From assembly GCA_963737655.1 (NCBI GenBank), contig CAVTTN010000002.1, forward strand, positions 1,056,001 to 1,120,000: a stretch of DNA of 64,000 nt, in the 5' to 3' direction. Under the pieces are notes generated by a model that searched no databases, was not told the origin of the DNA, and saw nothing but the letters and a program-made list of their open reading frames with translations. A program made the translations under genes and the position numbers. The DNA comes from an uncultured Planctomycetota bacterium. GTDB taxonomy: Bacteria; Planctomycetota; Planctomycetia; Isosphaerales; Isosphaeraceae. Shown piece after piece: positions 11,128-19,055 of this stretch; positions within the stretch are counted from its first letter, which is position 1, and each line of letters starts with the position of its first letter.

Positions 11128-12912
11128 TCAGAGCACGGCCTTCGCCGCGCGGTCGAGGGCGTGGTCGTCGTTGTCACGGAGTTCGTGGAGGGCCAGGTCG
11201 AACTTGCGGGCGGCCATCCGGAGATACAGGTCGGCGGCGGCGCGATCGGCCTCGGTGGCGGTGCCCGCGGCCTCGTCGTGGTCGATCTTCGCGAGGGTCG
11301 CGGCCGAGGTCATCAGCGCGATGGCGGCGTCGGCGAGCCGTTCGTGGGTGAATCCGGCGTCGAGGATCGCCTCCTTGAACCTCATCACCGAGGTCTCGAC
11401 GGCCCAGCCGAACCGCTTGACCCGACCGGCCAGCGCCGAGGCCGCCTTGCGGAGGCTCGCGGTCTTCACCGGCACCTCCGGCCGACCCGCGAACTTCGCC
11501 GCGTGGCCCGAGCCGAAGCTCCAGAGCGTGGGGAAGAAGCTCGCGGGCTTCTTCATCTTTTCCAGGGTGCCCACGAGCCCCATCGCGATGTCGCGGATGC
11601 CGACCATCGCGATGAACGACTTCAGGACCTCGTTGGCCCCCTCGCCGATCTGGTTGATCCGGGCGTCCCTCATCATCCGTTCATAAGGCTCGTCGGTAAA
11701 ATATCCCTGTCCACCGTGGATTTGCAGGGTCTCGTACACGGCCTCCCACAGGGCCTCGGTGGAGAAGACCTTGAGGATCGCGGTCTCGAGCATGTAATCC
11801 TCGGCGCCCGAGTCGATCAGGGCGGCGGTCTCCAGGGTCGTGGCCTCCATCGCGTAGGCGAAGGCGGCGATCCTCGCGATCTTCTTGCGAACCAGCTCCA
11901 GGTCGGCCAGGGCCCGGCCGAACTGGCGACGCCTCTTGGCGTGGCGGACCGAGGCGTCCAGGCACGTCTTGGCGGCCCCGGTGCAGCTCGCGCCGAAGGT
12001 GGTCCGGCCGAAATCCAGGACGGTGAGCGCGACCTTCAGGCCCTTGCCCACCGGCCCGAGGACGTTCTCGGCGGGCACGGGCATGTCGTGGAACGCGAGC
12101 CGGGCCGTGGCGGTCCCCCGGATGCCGCACTTGGGCATCCTCGCCTCGACGACCTCGAAGCCGGGCAGGTCGGGCGTCACGAGGAACGCGGTGACCTTGG
12201 AGTCGCCCCCCTTCGGGTCGGGCGTCCGGGCCATCACCGTGAGCACCCCGGCGATCCCTCCGTTGGTGATGTATCGTTTCGTGCCATTCAAAACATAGGT
12301 TTTCCCGTCCGCCGAAGGGGTGGCGGTGGTCTGGACGTTCGAGGCGTCGGAGCCGGCCTCGGTCTCGGTCAGCGCGAAGGCGGCGAGGGTCCGGCCGGAG
12401 GTCAGCTCGGGGAGCCATCGGCGCTGCTGCTCGGGCGTGCCGAACAGGAGCAGGGCGCGGATGCCGATCGAGTGATGCGCGTTCACGAAGACCGCCGTGG
12501 AGGAGCAATGGCCGCCGATGGCTTCCATCACCCGGCAGTATTGCGACTGGGTGAACCCCCGGCCGCCGAACTCGGCGGGCGCGGTCATCCCCAAAACGCC
12601 GATTTGCCCGAGCCCGTCGATCACGGAGCGGGGGATGTCGGCCTCGCGGTCGATGGCGGCGGCGTCGATGTGCTCTCGGGCGAACTGGCGGAGCTCGGCC
12701 ACGGCGGCGGCGGTCGCGGCCTTCTCCGGCCCGCTGAGCTCGGGATACGGGAAGACGGACGAGCCGAGGAACTCGCCGCGAAACAACGCCTTGGCAAAGC
12801 CGGCCTTCGCCGGACCCGAGAACAGAAGCTCCTCAGCCTGGGCGACCTGCTTGGCCCGCTCCGGATCATTCATCGGCGACGAACCGGGACGCGCGGGAGC
12901 CGAGATCGACAT
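11128..12912 (-). CDS. Acyl-CoA dehydrogenase (VLCAD/ACAD9-like)
   Basis: FALTETEAGSDA, LNGTKRYITNG, RRQFGRAL, QIHGGQGY, RDARINQIGEGANEV. Confidence 0.95.
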   Translation of the reverse strand: MSISAPARPGSSPMNDPERAKQVAQAEELLFSGPAKAGFAKALFRGEFLGSSVFPYPELSGPEKAATAAAVAELRQFAREHIDAAAIDREADIPRSVIDGLGQIGVLGMTAPAEFGGRGFTQSQYCRVMEAIGGHCSSTAVFVNAHHSIGIRALLLFGTPEQQRRWLPELTSGRTLAAFALTETEAGSDASNVQTTATPSADGKTYVLNGTKRYITNGGIAGVLTVMARTPDPKGGDSKVTAFLVTPDLPGFEVVEARMPKCGIRGTATARLAFHDMPVPAENVLGPVGKGLKVALTVLDFGRTTFGASCTGAAKTCLDASVRHAKRRRQFGRALADLELVRKKIARIAAFAYAMEATTLETAALIDSGAEDYMLETAILKVFSTEALWEAVYETLQIHGGQGYFTDEPYERMMRDARINQIGEGANEVLKSFIAMVGIRDIAMGLVGTLEKMKKPASFFPTLWSFGSGHAAKFAGRPEVPVKTASLRKAASALAGRVKRFGWAVETSVMRFKEAILDAGFTHERLADAAIALMTSAATLAKIDHDEAAGTATEADRAAADLYLRMAARKFDLALHELRDNDDHALDRAAKAVL

Positions 12913-13029
12913 GGACGGCCTCCTGATCTCTCGATCTAGGGCAAAGCAGGGGATCGGCACGACCCGACGGACCGACGAAGGGACGGACCTCCGAATTGTA
13001 CGACCAGGCCCCGGTTTCGGATAGGGCGG

Positions 13030-13260
13030 TGAGCTTTCGGCGATCGGCGGTCAGCTTTCAGCGATCGGCAATCGGGTTGCCCTATCGAAAACCCCGGGCC
13101 GTGCCGCCGAACGAGTAGGTCCGACTTCAGTCGGGCCTGCGAAGCTCCGCCCCCTACTTGTAGGCCCGACTGAAGTCGGACCTACTCGTTCCCCCCTCTC
13201 ACAGGGGATTTCCATCGAGAAAGCTGACCGCTGGCCGCTGAAAGCCGACCGCTGACCGCT
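13030..13260. repeat. Nested palindromic element: outer 7-mer-type inverted tracts around a GTAG REP doublet (13109..13191)
   Basis: Core ACGAGTAGGTCCGACTTCAGTCGGGCCT...AGGCCCGACTGAAGTCGGACCTACTCGT; flanks CGGTCAGCTTTCAGCG and AAAGCTGACCGCTG; core recurs at 62389. Confidence 0.85.
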
Positions 13261-13269
13261 CCAGACAAC

Positions 13270-13283
13270 GGCATGGCAAATGC
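13270..13283 (+). promoter_or_regulatory. Putative sigma54 -24/-12 promoter
   Basis: GG-CATGGCAAAT-GC, about 55 nt upstream of ATG 13339. Confidence 0.5.
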
Positions 13284-13338
13284 GTCGATATCTAAGCCTT
13301 CGCAATCCCCGCGATGTCCGCGATTCGGGAGGGTCGGC

Positions 13339-13965
13339 ATGGTCCAGGTTTTGCGGGCGACGGTTCATCTCCGGGGCGACCTTCGCGGGTCTGCGGACTT
13401 GGCGGCCCTGGAGCGAAATGAAGGGACCGTTGAGGTCCATCTGGACGACGGGCGGGCCGTCGAGGCTCCGGCCTCGGCCTTCGAGAGGCGGGGCGACGGC
13501 TCCTATTTCCTGCCCATCGGCCTGGAGGCAGCCCCGGCCTCGACCTCGGCCGTGGGCTCGGCCTCCGGCGCCGCGGTGGGCGAGACGGTGATCCCCGTCG
13601 TGGTCGAGGAGGCCGAGATCTCCAAGAGGGTCGTCGAGACCGGCCGGGTCCGGGTCGTCAAGCGGGTCCGCCAGCGCGAGGAGACGGTCGATGAACCGTT
13701 GTTCCGCGAGGAGGTCCGGGTCGAGCGCGTCCCGGTGAACCGGCCGGTCGAGGGGCCGGTGGAGGTCCGCGAGGAGGGGGGCGTCACGATTGTCCCGGTG
13801 GTCGAGGAGGTCCTCGTGGTCGAGAAGCGGCTGGTCCTCCGTGAGGAAGTGCGGATCACCCGGGTCCGCGTCGAGGAGCATCGGCCGCAGGCGGTCTCGC
13901 TGAGATCCGAGGAGGTCGAGGTCGATCGGGTCCCCAACGGCGCCGCCCGCGAACCGGCGGTCTGA
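13339..13965 (+). CDS. YsnF/AvaK (DUF2382) domain protein
   Basis: IPVVVEEAEISKRVVETGRVRV, EEVRVERVPV, VEEVLVVEKRLVLREEVRI; RBS GGGAGG. Confidence 0.9.
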   Translation: MVQVLRATVHLRGDLRGSADLAALERNEGTVEVHLDDGRAVEAPASAFERRGDGSYFLPIGLEAAPASTSAVGSASGAAVGETVIPVVVEEAEISKRVVETGRVRVVKRVRQREETVDEPLFREEVRVERVPVNRPVEGPVEVREEGGVTIVPVVEEVLVVEKRLVLREEVRITRVRVEEHRPQAVSLRSEEVEVDRVPNGAAREPAV

Positions 13966-14002
13966 GGGCGCCTCGGAATTCACGCCCCTGAATCGTTCGA
14001 TC

Positions 14003-14016
14003 GGCATTGCGTTTGC
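14003..14016 (+). promoter_or_regulatory. Putative sigma54 -24/-12 promoter
   Basis: GG-CATTGCGTTT-GC with a TTGC -12 element. Confidence 0.55.
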
Positions 14017-14127
14017 CAATCCGTAGCAATCATCCCGCCGGGGGCTGAGGGCCCCGACGGCGAGGACGATCCTTTGAGCGTCACGACGCTCCCCTATCAC
14101 TTCCCATCTCGAGAGGAGACCCGAGCG

Positions 14128-15234
14128 ATGGCGACTCGCAAGAAGACGACGGCCGAGGTCCAGGGCGAGGACGCGGTGGCCCCGGCCACCGGGGCGGCGG
14201 CGGGGCTGGCGACCGGGGCGGCGATCGGCGCCGCCGTGGGCGGGCCGGTGGGGGCGGCGGTGGGCGCCGCCGTGGGCGGGCCGATCGGCGCGGCCCTGGG
14301 CGAGGCCGTGAACTACTCCGACGCCGAGCCCGTCTTCCGCCAGCACTGGGAAAGCGGCCCGTACAAGGCCATCACCAAGTGGGACGACGTCTCCCCCGCC
14401 TATCGCTACGGCTTCGAAGCGGCCGACCGCGACGACTGGCGCGGCAAGCCCTATGACGACGTGAGCACCCACCTCCGCAAGGGCTGGACCGGCAAGACGA
14501 AGTACGACGACGTCGAGCCGATGATCCGCACCGCCTGGGACAGCCGCCTCGGCGCCGACCGGCCCGCCTCCGCCTCGATGACCGGCGCGGCCACCGTCGG
14601 CGGCGAGACGGTCATCCCCGTCGTGGAGGAGGAGCTCCAGGTCGGCAAGAGGAAGGTCGAGAAGGGGGGCGTGAAGGTCCGGAGCCACGTGACCGAGACG
14701 CCCGTGGAGGAGCAGGTGCATCTCCACGAGGAGCACGTGAAGGTCGAGAGGCGCCCGGCCCACCGCGCCGCCTCGGCCAAGGACGTCGCCTTCAAGGAGG
14801 GCACGATCGAGATGACCGAGACGGCCGAGGAAGCCGTGGTCGCCAAGAGGGCCCGGGTCGTCGAGGAGGTCGTGATCCGCAAGGAGGGTCGGGACCACAC
14901 CGAGACCGTCCGCGACACCGTCCGCAAGACCGACGTGGAGGTCGAGAAGACCGGCGGCAAGACGAAGGTCGGGCCCGTCGAGTGGGAGCACTTCACCACC
15001 GACTTCCAGAAGGACTGGAAGAAGCGCCACGGCGACGCCGGTTACACCTTCGAGGAGTTCACCCCGGCCTATCGCTTCGGCTACAACCTCGCCAACGACG
15101 ACCGCTACCGGGGCGACTGGTCGGAGGTCGAGCCCGAGGCCCGACGCTACTGGGAGCACACCAACAAGGGCACCTGGGACGAGTTCAAGGACTCGATCCA
15201 CCACGCCTGGGAGAAGGTCCGCGGCAAGAGGTGA
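14128..15234 (+). CDS. YsnF/AvaK (DUF2382) domain protein with glycine zipper and two PAYR(Y/F)G...AW domains
   Basis: IPVVEEELQVGKRKVEKGGV, TETAEEAVVAKRARVVEEV, DTVRKTDVEVE; RBS GAGGAG. Confidence 0.9.
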   Translation: MATRKKTTAEVQGEDAVAPATGAAAGLATGAAIGAAVGGPVGAAVGAAVGGPIGAALGEAVNYSDAEPVFRQHWESGPYKAITKWDDVSPAYRYGFEAADRDDWRGKPYDDVSTHLRKGWTGKTKYDDVEPMIRTAWDSRLGADRPASASMTGAATVGGETVIPVVEEELQVGKRKVEKGGVKVRSHVTETPVEEQVHLHEEHVKVERRPAHRAASAKDVAFKEGTIEMTETAEEAVVAKRARVVEEVVIRKEGRDHTETVRDTVRKTDVEVEKTGGKTKVGPVEWEHFTTDFQKDWKKRHGDAGYTFEEFTPAYRFGYNLANDDRYRGDWSEVEPEARRYWEHTNKGTWDEFKDSIHHAWEKVRGKR

Positions 15235-15260
15235 TCGCGGAGGCCCGAGGCGCGGCACTC

Positions 15261-15283
15261 GGGGGCGGGTCCGACCCGCCCCC
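15261..15283. terminator. GC-rich hairpin between convergent genes
   Basis: GGGGGCGGGT-CCG-ACCCGCCCCC followed by TGCCGTTTT. Confidence 0.6.
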
Positions 15284-15313
15284 TGCCGTTTTCGCCACGC
15301 GTTCGCGGTCGAT

Positions 15314-16305
15314 TCATGTCCCGGACCGCTTCATGGCCAGCGACGTGACCAGGGCCGTCAGGCCGACGATCGCCGAGGTCTCCGCCGCCTCGGCATAGAC
15401 CTGATCGAGCGCGTCGGCCCGGGCGGCGAGGTGCTTCAAGAGCGGCCGGGTCGTCTCGGGGAACTGGCCGGTCCAGCGGTAGACCTCGGTGGCGAGGTCG
15501 GCGTCGAGCCGGGCGATCAGCGCGGAGGCGGGCTTCCGGGGCGAGTCGATGGGGCTCCGGGCTCGGGGCGGCCGAGGTCCTCGAAGATCGACCGCAGGGC
15601 CGAGTCCATCCCCAGGGGCAGCGGGCCGCCGAGGTCGGCGATCTCGGCGTAGTATTCCTCCAGCGAGTAGGCGATCTCCGAGACGTCCTCGTCGAGCGAA
15701 TCGTCGGAAACGACGGGGGGGCGGGCCCGGACCTCGACCATCGCGCGGTCGCAATACTGCAGCTTCGCCAGGGCGACCGGGCATTCGGCGTACTCGGCCC
15801 TCCAGTCGCGCCCGGGGGTCATCCAGACGGCGAACGTCTCGGCCCAGTCCTCGTCGGGGTGCTTCTGGGCGTACCAGCCGGGCAGGTGCCTCACGAAGTC
15901 CCGGGAGAACGGCTCGGGCCGGTACTGCTCGCGGTAGGGCAAGGCGATCGGCCCGAAACGCCGGGTCCATTCCGGGGTCTTGAAGAGTTCATAGGCATAA
16001 TTGACCACGTGGCCCATCTCGTGGCGGAGGTAGCGGAGGACGTCCGCCGGGGTCCGGCCCTCGACGTGGCCGGTCCTCGCGAGGTGGAGGTCGGTCAGGT
16101 CGGCCCGGGCGAGGTAGAACGGGATCGCGATGGCCACGGTGCCATCCGGAACGCCCCACTCGGTCGAGAGATACAGCCGGGGCTCGACCCCGACGAGGCC
16201 CAGGGCGGCGAGCTCCGCCCGGAACTCGGCGACGACCGGCCGGAGCCGAGACTCGTCGAGGCTCAGGCCGAGGTCTCGGATCGGAGTGTGGAGGAGGTCG
16301 GTCAT
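15314..16305 (-). CDS. Putative zinc-binding metallopeptidase (Peptidase_Mx-like; frameshift near 15540)
   Basis: MTDLLHTPIRDLGL, LRHEMGH, YAQKHPDEDWAETFAVW; the C-terminus continues in the 15314..15970 frame. Confidence 0.82.
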
Positions 16306-16336
16306 GGCGGCGTCCTTTCGAAGGGCGAATCGGCCC

Positions 16337-16374
16337 GCATTCGCCATACCGTCGCCGGGCGGCATCCCGGTTGC
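16337..16374. promoter_or_regulatory. Back-to-back putative sigma54 promoters
   Basis: Minus strand GG-TATGGCGAAT-GC (16350..16337) and plus strand GG-CATCCCGGTT-GC (16361..16374). Confidence 0.55.
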
Positions 16375-16440
16375 AACACGCGAACGGCCATCGGCGGCGT
16401 CGCCGCCCGTCCCCTTCCCATTTTTCGGTGATTGCTTCGA

Positions 16441-17418
16441 ATGAAAGTCACGATCCTGACCTATGTGGAAACCGAAGGGGCGACGGAGCACGATATCGTC
16501 GTGGACCAGGTGGCCTCGGCCTTGAAGGCCGGCGGCCACAAGCCGTCGGTCCTGCCCGTCCACGGGGACGTCCGCAAGCTCGTCTCGGGGATCGCCCGGC
16601 GCAGGCCGGACCTGGTGTTCAACCTCCTGGAGATGTTCGGCTCGAACGTGAGGGCCGACGTCGGCGTGGCCGGCTTGCTCGAGCTGCTGGAGGTCCCGTT
16701 CACCGGAGGAGGGCCCGGGGAATTGTACGTCCGGCAAGACAAGGGCCTCGCCAAGAAGCTCCTGGCGTTCGACGACATCCTCTATCCGGACTTCGCCGTG
16801 TTCTCGCCCGACGGCATGGAGACCGGCGGCAACCTGCGGATGCCCCTGTTCGTCAAGCCGTTGCGCACCGATGCGTCGATCGGCATCTCGGGGGCGAAGT
16901 CGCTGGTGAACGACGCGAGGGCGATGATGAAGCAGGTGGCGGCGATCCACGACAAGGTGCACGACTCGGCCCTGGCCGAGGAGTACATCGAGGGCCGCGA
17001 GTTCTACGTCGGAGTCCTCGGCAACGCCCGGCCCGAGGCGTTCCCGCCGGTCGAGATGGACTTCTCCGCGATGCCCAGCGGCTCGCTCCACGTCCTGGAT
17101 GCGAAGGCGAAATGGAAGAAGAATTCGCCCGAGTACAAGGGCTCGAAATCGGTCATGGCCGACGTGTCGCCCGAGCTCAAGGCGAGGCTGCAAGAGGTCT
17201 CGATCAACGCCTATCGCGCCTTGCGCGTCCGCGACTACGGCCGGGTGGACCTCCGCCTGACCGATTCGGGCGAGATCTACGTGATCGAGGTGAACGCCAA
17301 TTGCTACCTGGAAGAGTCCAGCGAGTTCGCCACCGCCGCCAAGGCGGCCGGGATCGATTTCCCATCGCTGGTCAACCGGATCGCCGAGATGGCCATCGAG
17401 CGGCATCGTCGCGGATGA
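16441..17418 (+). CDS. ATP-grasp ligase, D-Ala-D-Ala ligase-like
   Basis: PDLVFNL, PFTG, DKGLAKKLL, PLFVKP..DASIGI, EEYIEGREF, YGRVDLRL, IEVNAN. Lacks the GG.S.E N-terminal motif of canonical Ddl. Confidence 0.88.
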   Translation: MKVTILTYVETEGATEHDIVVDQVASALKAGGHKPSVLPVHGDVRKLVSGIARRRPDLVFNLLEMFGSNVRADVGVAGLLELLEVPFTGGGPGELYVRQDKGLAKKLLAFDDILYPDFAVFSPDGMETGGNLRMPLFVKPLRTDASIGISGAKSLVNDARAMMKQVAAIHDKVHDSALAEEYIEGREFYVGVLGNARPEAFPPVEMDFSAMPSGSLHVLDAKAKWKKNSPEYKGSKSVMADVSPELKARLQEVSINAYRALRVRDYGRVDLRLTDSGEIYVIEVNANCYLEESSEFATAAKAAGIDFPSLVNRIAEMAIERHRRG

Positions 17419-17428
17419 GGGGGAGATG

Positions 17429-17687
17429 GAACCGCCAAGGCGCGAGGGCGCCAAGAGACAGAGGAGAAGAGGAGAAGAGGAGAAGAGGAGAAGAGGAGAG
17501 GAGAGGAGAGGAGAGGAGAGGAGAGGAGATTCATGGACGCGAATTTGATGGGTTTAAGGATTACGGTTTCACTCGTTCCCACGCTCCGCCTGAGGACGTG
17601 GGCTTGTGTCGCGGATCTCTACAAAGCAATTTTCCCTCCTCTTCTCCTCTCCTCTGTCCCTTGGCGCCCTTGGCGTCTTGGCGGTTC
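17429..17687. repeat. Palindromic element family C with (GAGGA)n purine tract
   Basis: GAACCGCCAAG... and ...CTTGGCGGTTC arms, a 70-nt GA-only tract at 17461..17529 and a complementary CT tract. Confidence 0.85.
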
Positions 17688-17705
17688 GTTCTCCTCCGCG
17701 GCGGT

Positions 17706-18209
17706 TCAATCTCCCCGTTTCGAGATGGCCGCGGTGAGCCAGGATCGGGCATAGGCCCACTCGCGGAAGGCGGAGGCCCGGGAGATCCCCAGGGCCTCGG
17801 CCGCGTCGTCGATCGACAGGCCGGCGAAGAGGCGGAGTCGCGCCACATCGGCCGAGCCCGGGTCCTCGGCGGCGAGCTTCGCGAGGGCGGAGTCGATGTC
17901 GAGGATCGCGTCGGGGTCGGAGACGATCGCCAGGTCCCCCTCATTCAGAGGGAACTTCTTGCCGAGGCCGCCGCGCTTGGCCGCCTTCTTGCGGCGGGCA
18001 TGATCGACCAGGATGCGCTGCATCGCCACGGCCGCCGCGCGGAGGAACCCGGCGCGGTCGTCGAACTCGGCCGCGCCGAGCTTCAAATAGGCTTCGTGGA
18101 CCAGCGCCGTGGCGTCCAGGGTATGGCCGACCGGCTCGTTCGCCAGCTTCGCGGAGGCGAGGCGTCGGAGCTCGTCATAGACCTTCGACCAGAGATCATC
18201 GGGCGTCAT
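17706..18209 (-). CDS. ECF sigma factor (kinase-associated planctomycete type)
   Basis: VYDELRRLA...GHTLDATALVHEAYLKL, MQRILVDHARRKKAAKRGG, LRLFAGLS..EWAYARSWL. Confidence 0.92.
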   Translation of the reverse strand: MTPDDLWSKVYDELRRLASAKLANEPVGHTLDATALVHEAYLKLGAAEFDDRAGFLRAAAVAMQRILVDHARRKKAAKRGGLGKKFPLNEGDLAIVSDPDAILDIDSALAKLAAEDPGSADVARLRLFAGLSIDDAAEALGISRASAFREWAYARSWLTAAISKRGD

Positions 18210-18260
18210 CGCATCGCCTCCGGGCGTCCCGGCCCACGGACCTGCTACAATACCATCGCC

Positions 18261-18524
18261 ATGGTCCCGAGGGAGATGGAGGCGACGACGAGGGATTTGC
18301 CCGTCAAGTTCCCGAGCGAGACCGAGGTGATCCTCGAAGACGTGGCGAGGACCCGTGCCATGACGGCCGACGAGAGGCTCCGATGTCTCCGGGGCATGGT
18401 GAACGCCGGGGCCTTGATGATGCGGATTTCGCCCAAGGCGGCATGGCTCGAAGAGCACTCGCAGGAGCAAGAACGCCTCGCCCAGAAGAATATCCAGGAT
18501 TTTCTCGCACGTCATGGATACTGA
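18261..18524 (+). CDS. Small antitoxin-like protein (partner of the nucleotidyltransferase)
   Basis: C-terminal 87 aa of ORF 16371..18524, ...RAMTADERLR...; TGCTACAAT extended -10 at 18243; overlaps the next start. Confidence 0.6.
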   Translation: MVPREMEATTRDLPVKFPSETEVILEDVARTRAMTADERLRCLRGMVNAGALMMRISPKAAWLEEHSQEQERLAQKNIQDFLARHGY

Positions 18525-18818
18525 TCACACGCTCTTGTCGGACGAGCTGGTCCCCATGCCCTCGACAACGCCGAAACCCTGGAATGGTCGAAGGGCCACC
18601 CGATCCGGGTCGTGACAGCCGAGGGGCTGATCCTGACCAAGATGATCGCGTTTCGACCCCAGGACCAGATGGACATCGACACTCTCCTGACGGCCAATCG
18701 CGACACGATCGACGTCGGCCTGATCCGCGAGGAATGGTCCCCGTTCGCGGCCACCGAGGTGGAGCGGACCTCGTGGCTAGAGGCCGAGATCGAGCGGATA
18801 GTCGTGCGGCGCGAGTAG
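18514..18818 (+). pseudogene. Internally deleted nucleotidyltransferase (AbiEii/DUF6036-like) remnant
   Basis: MDTDHTLLSDELV joins out of frame (~18553) to HALDNAETLEWSKGHPIRVVTAEGLILTKMIAFRPQDQMDIDTL. The E.LI..K..A.RP.D..DI tail is present but no GG...DxD core. Confidence 0.6.
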
Positions 18819-18837
18819 GGCCGCCATGGAGCAAAGA

Positions 18838-19050
18838 ATGAGTGACGACCAATCAACGAACGAGGACGCGGCCGGGCCCGTCCCGGGCGATTCGATGGAC
18901 GCGGTGATCGAGGTCGACAAGCGAGACGTGGACCGGATCCTCTTGCGCGAAAACTTGAAGCGGACGGTGGTGGAGCAGTTCCTTAATGTAATTTACGTGA
19001 ATAAATCTGTCGATGCATTGCGGGAGGCCCGGGCGGGCAAGACCCGGAGG
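18838..19050 (+). pseudogene. Second antitoxin-like remnant
   Basis: DAVIEVDKRDVDRILLRENLKRTVVEQF resembles small D..LLRENL..T.EER proteins found before nucleotidyltransferases. Lacks its own stop and runs into the kinase 3' end. Confidence 0.4.
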
Positions 19051-19055
19051 AGGGG

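Noticed and set aside
16441..17418. Canonical ddl for peptidoglycan synthesis
   Set aside because: The N-terminal GG.S.E motif is missing and there is no cell-wall gene context, so no gene symbol was given.
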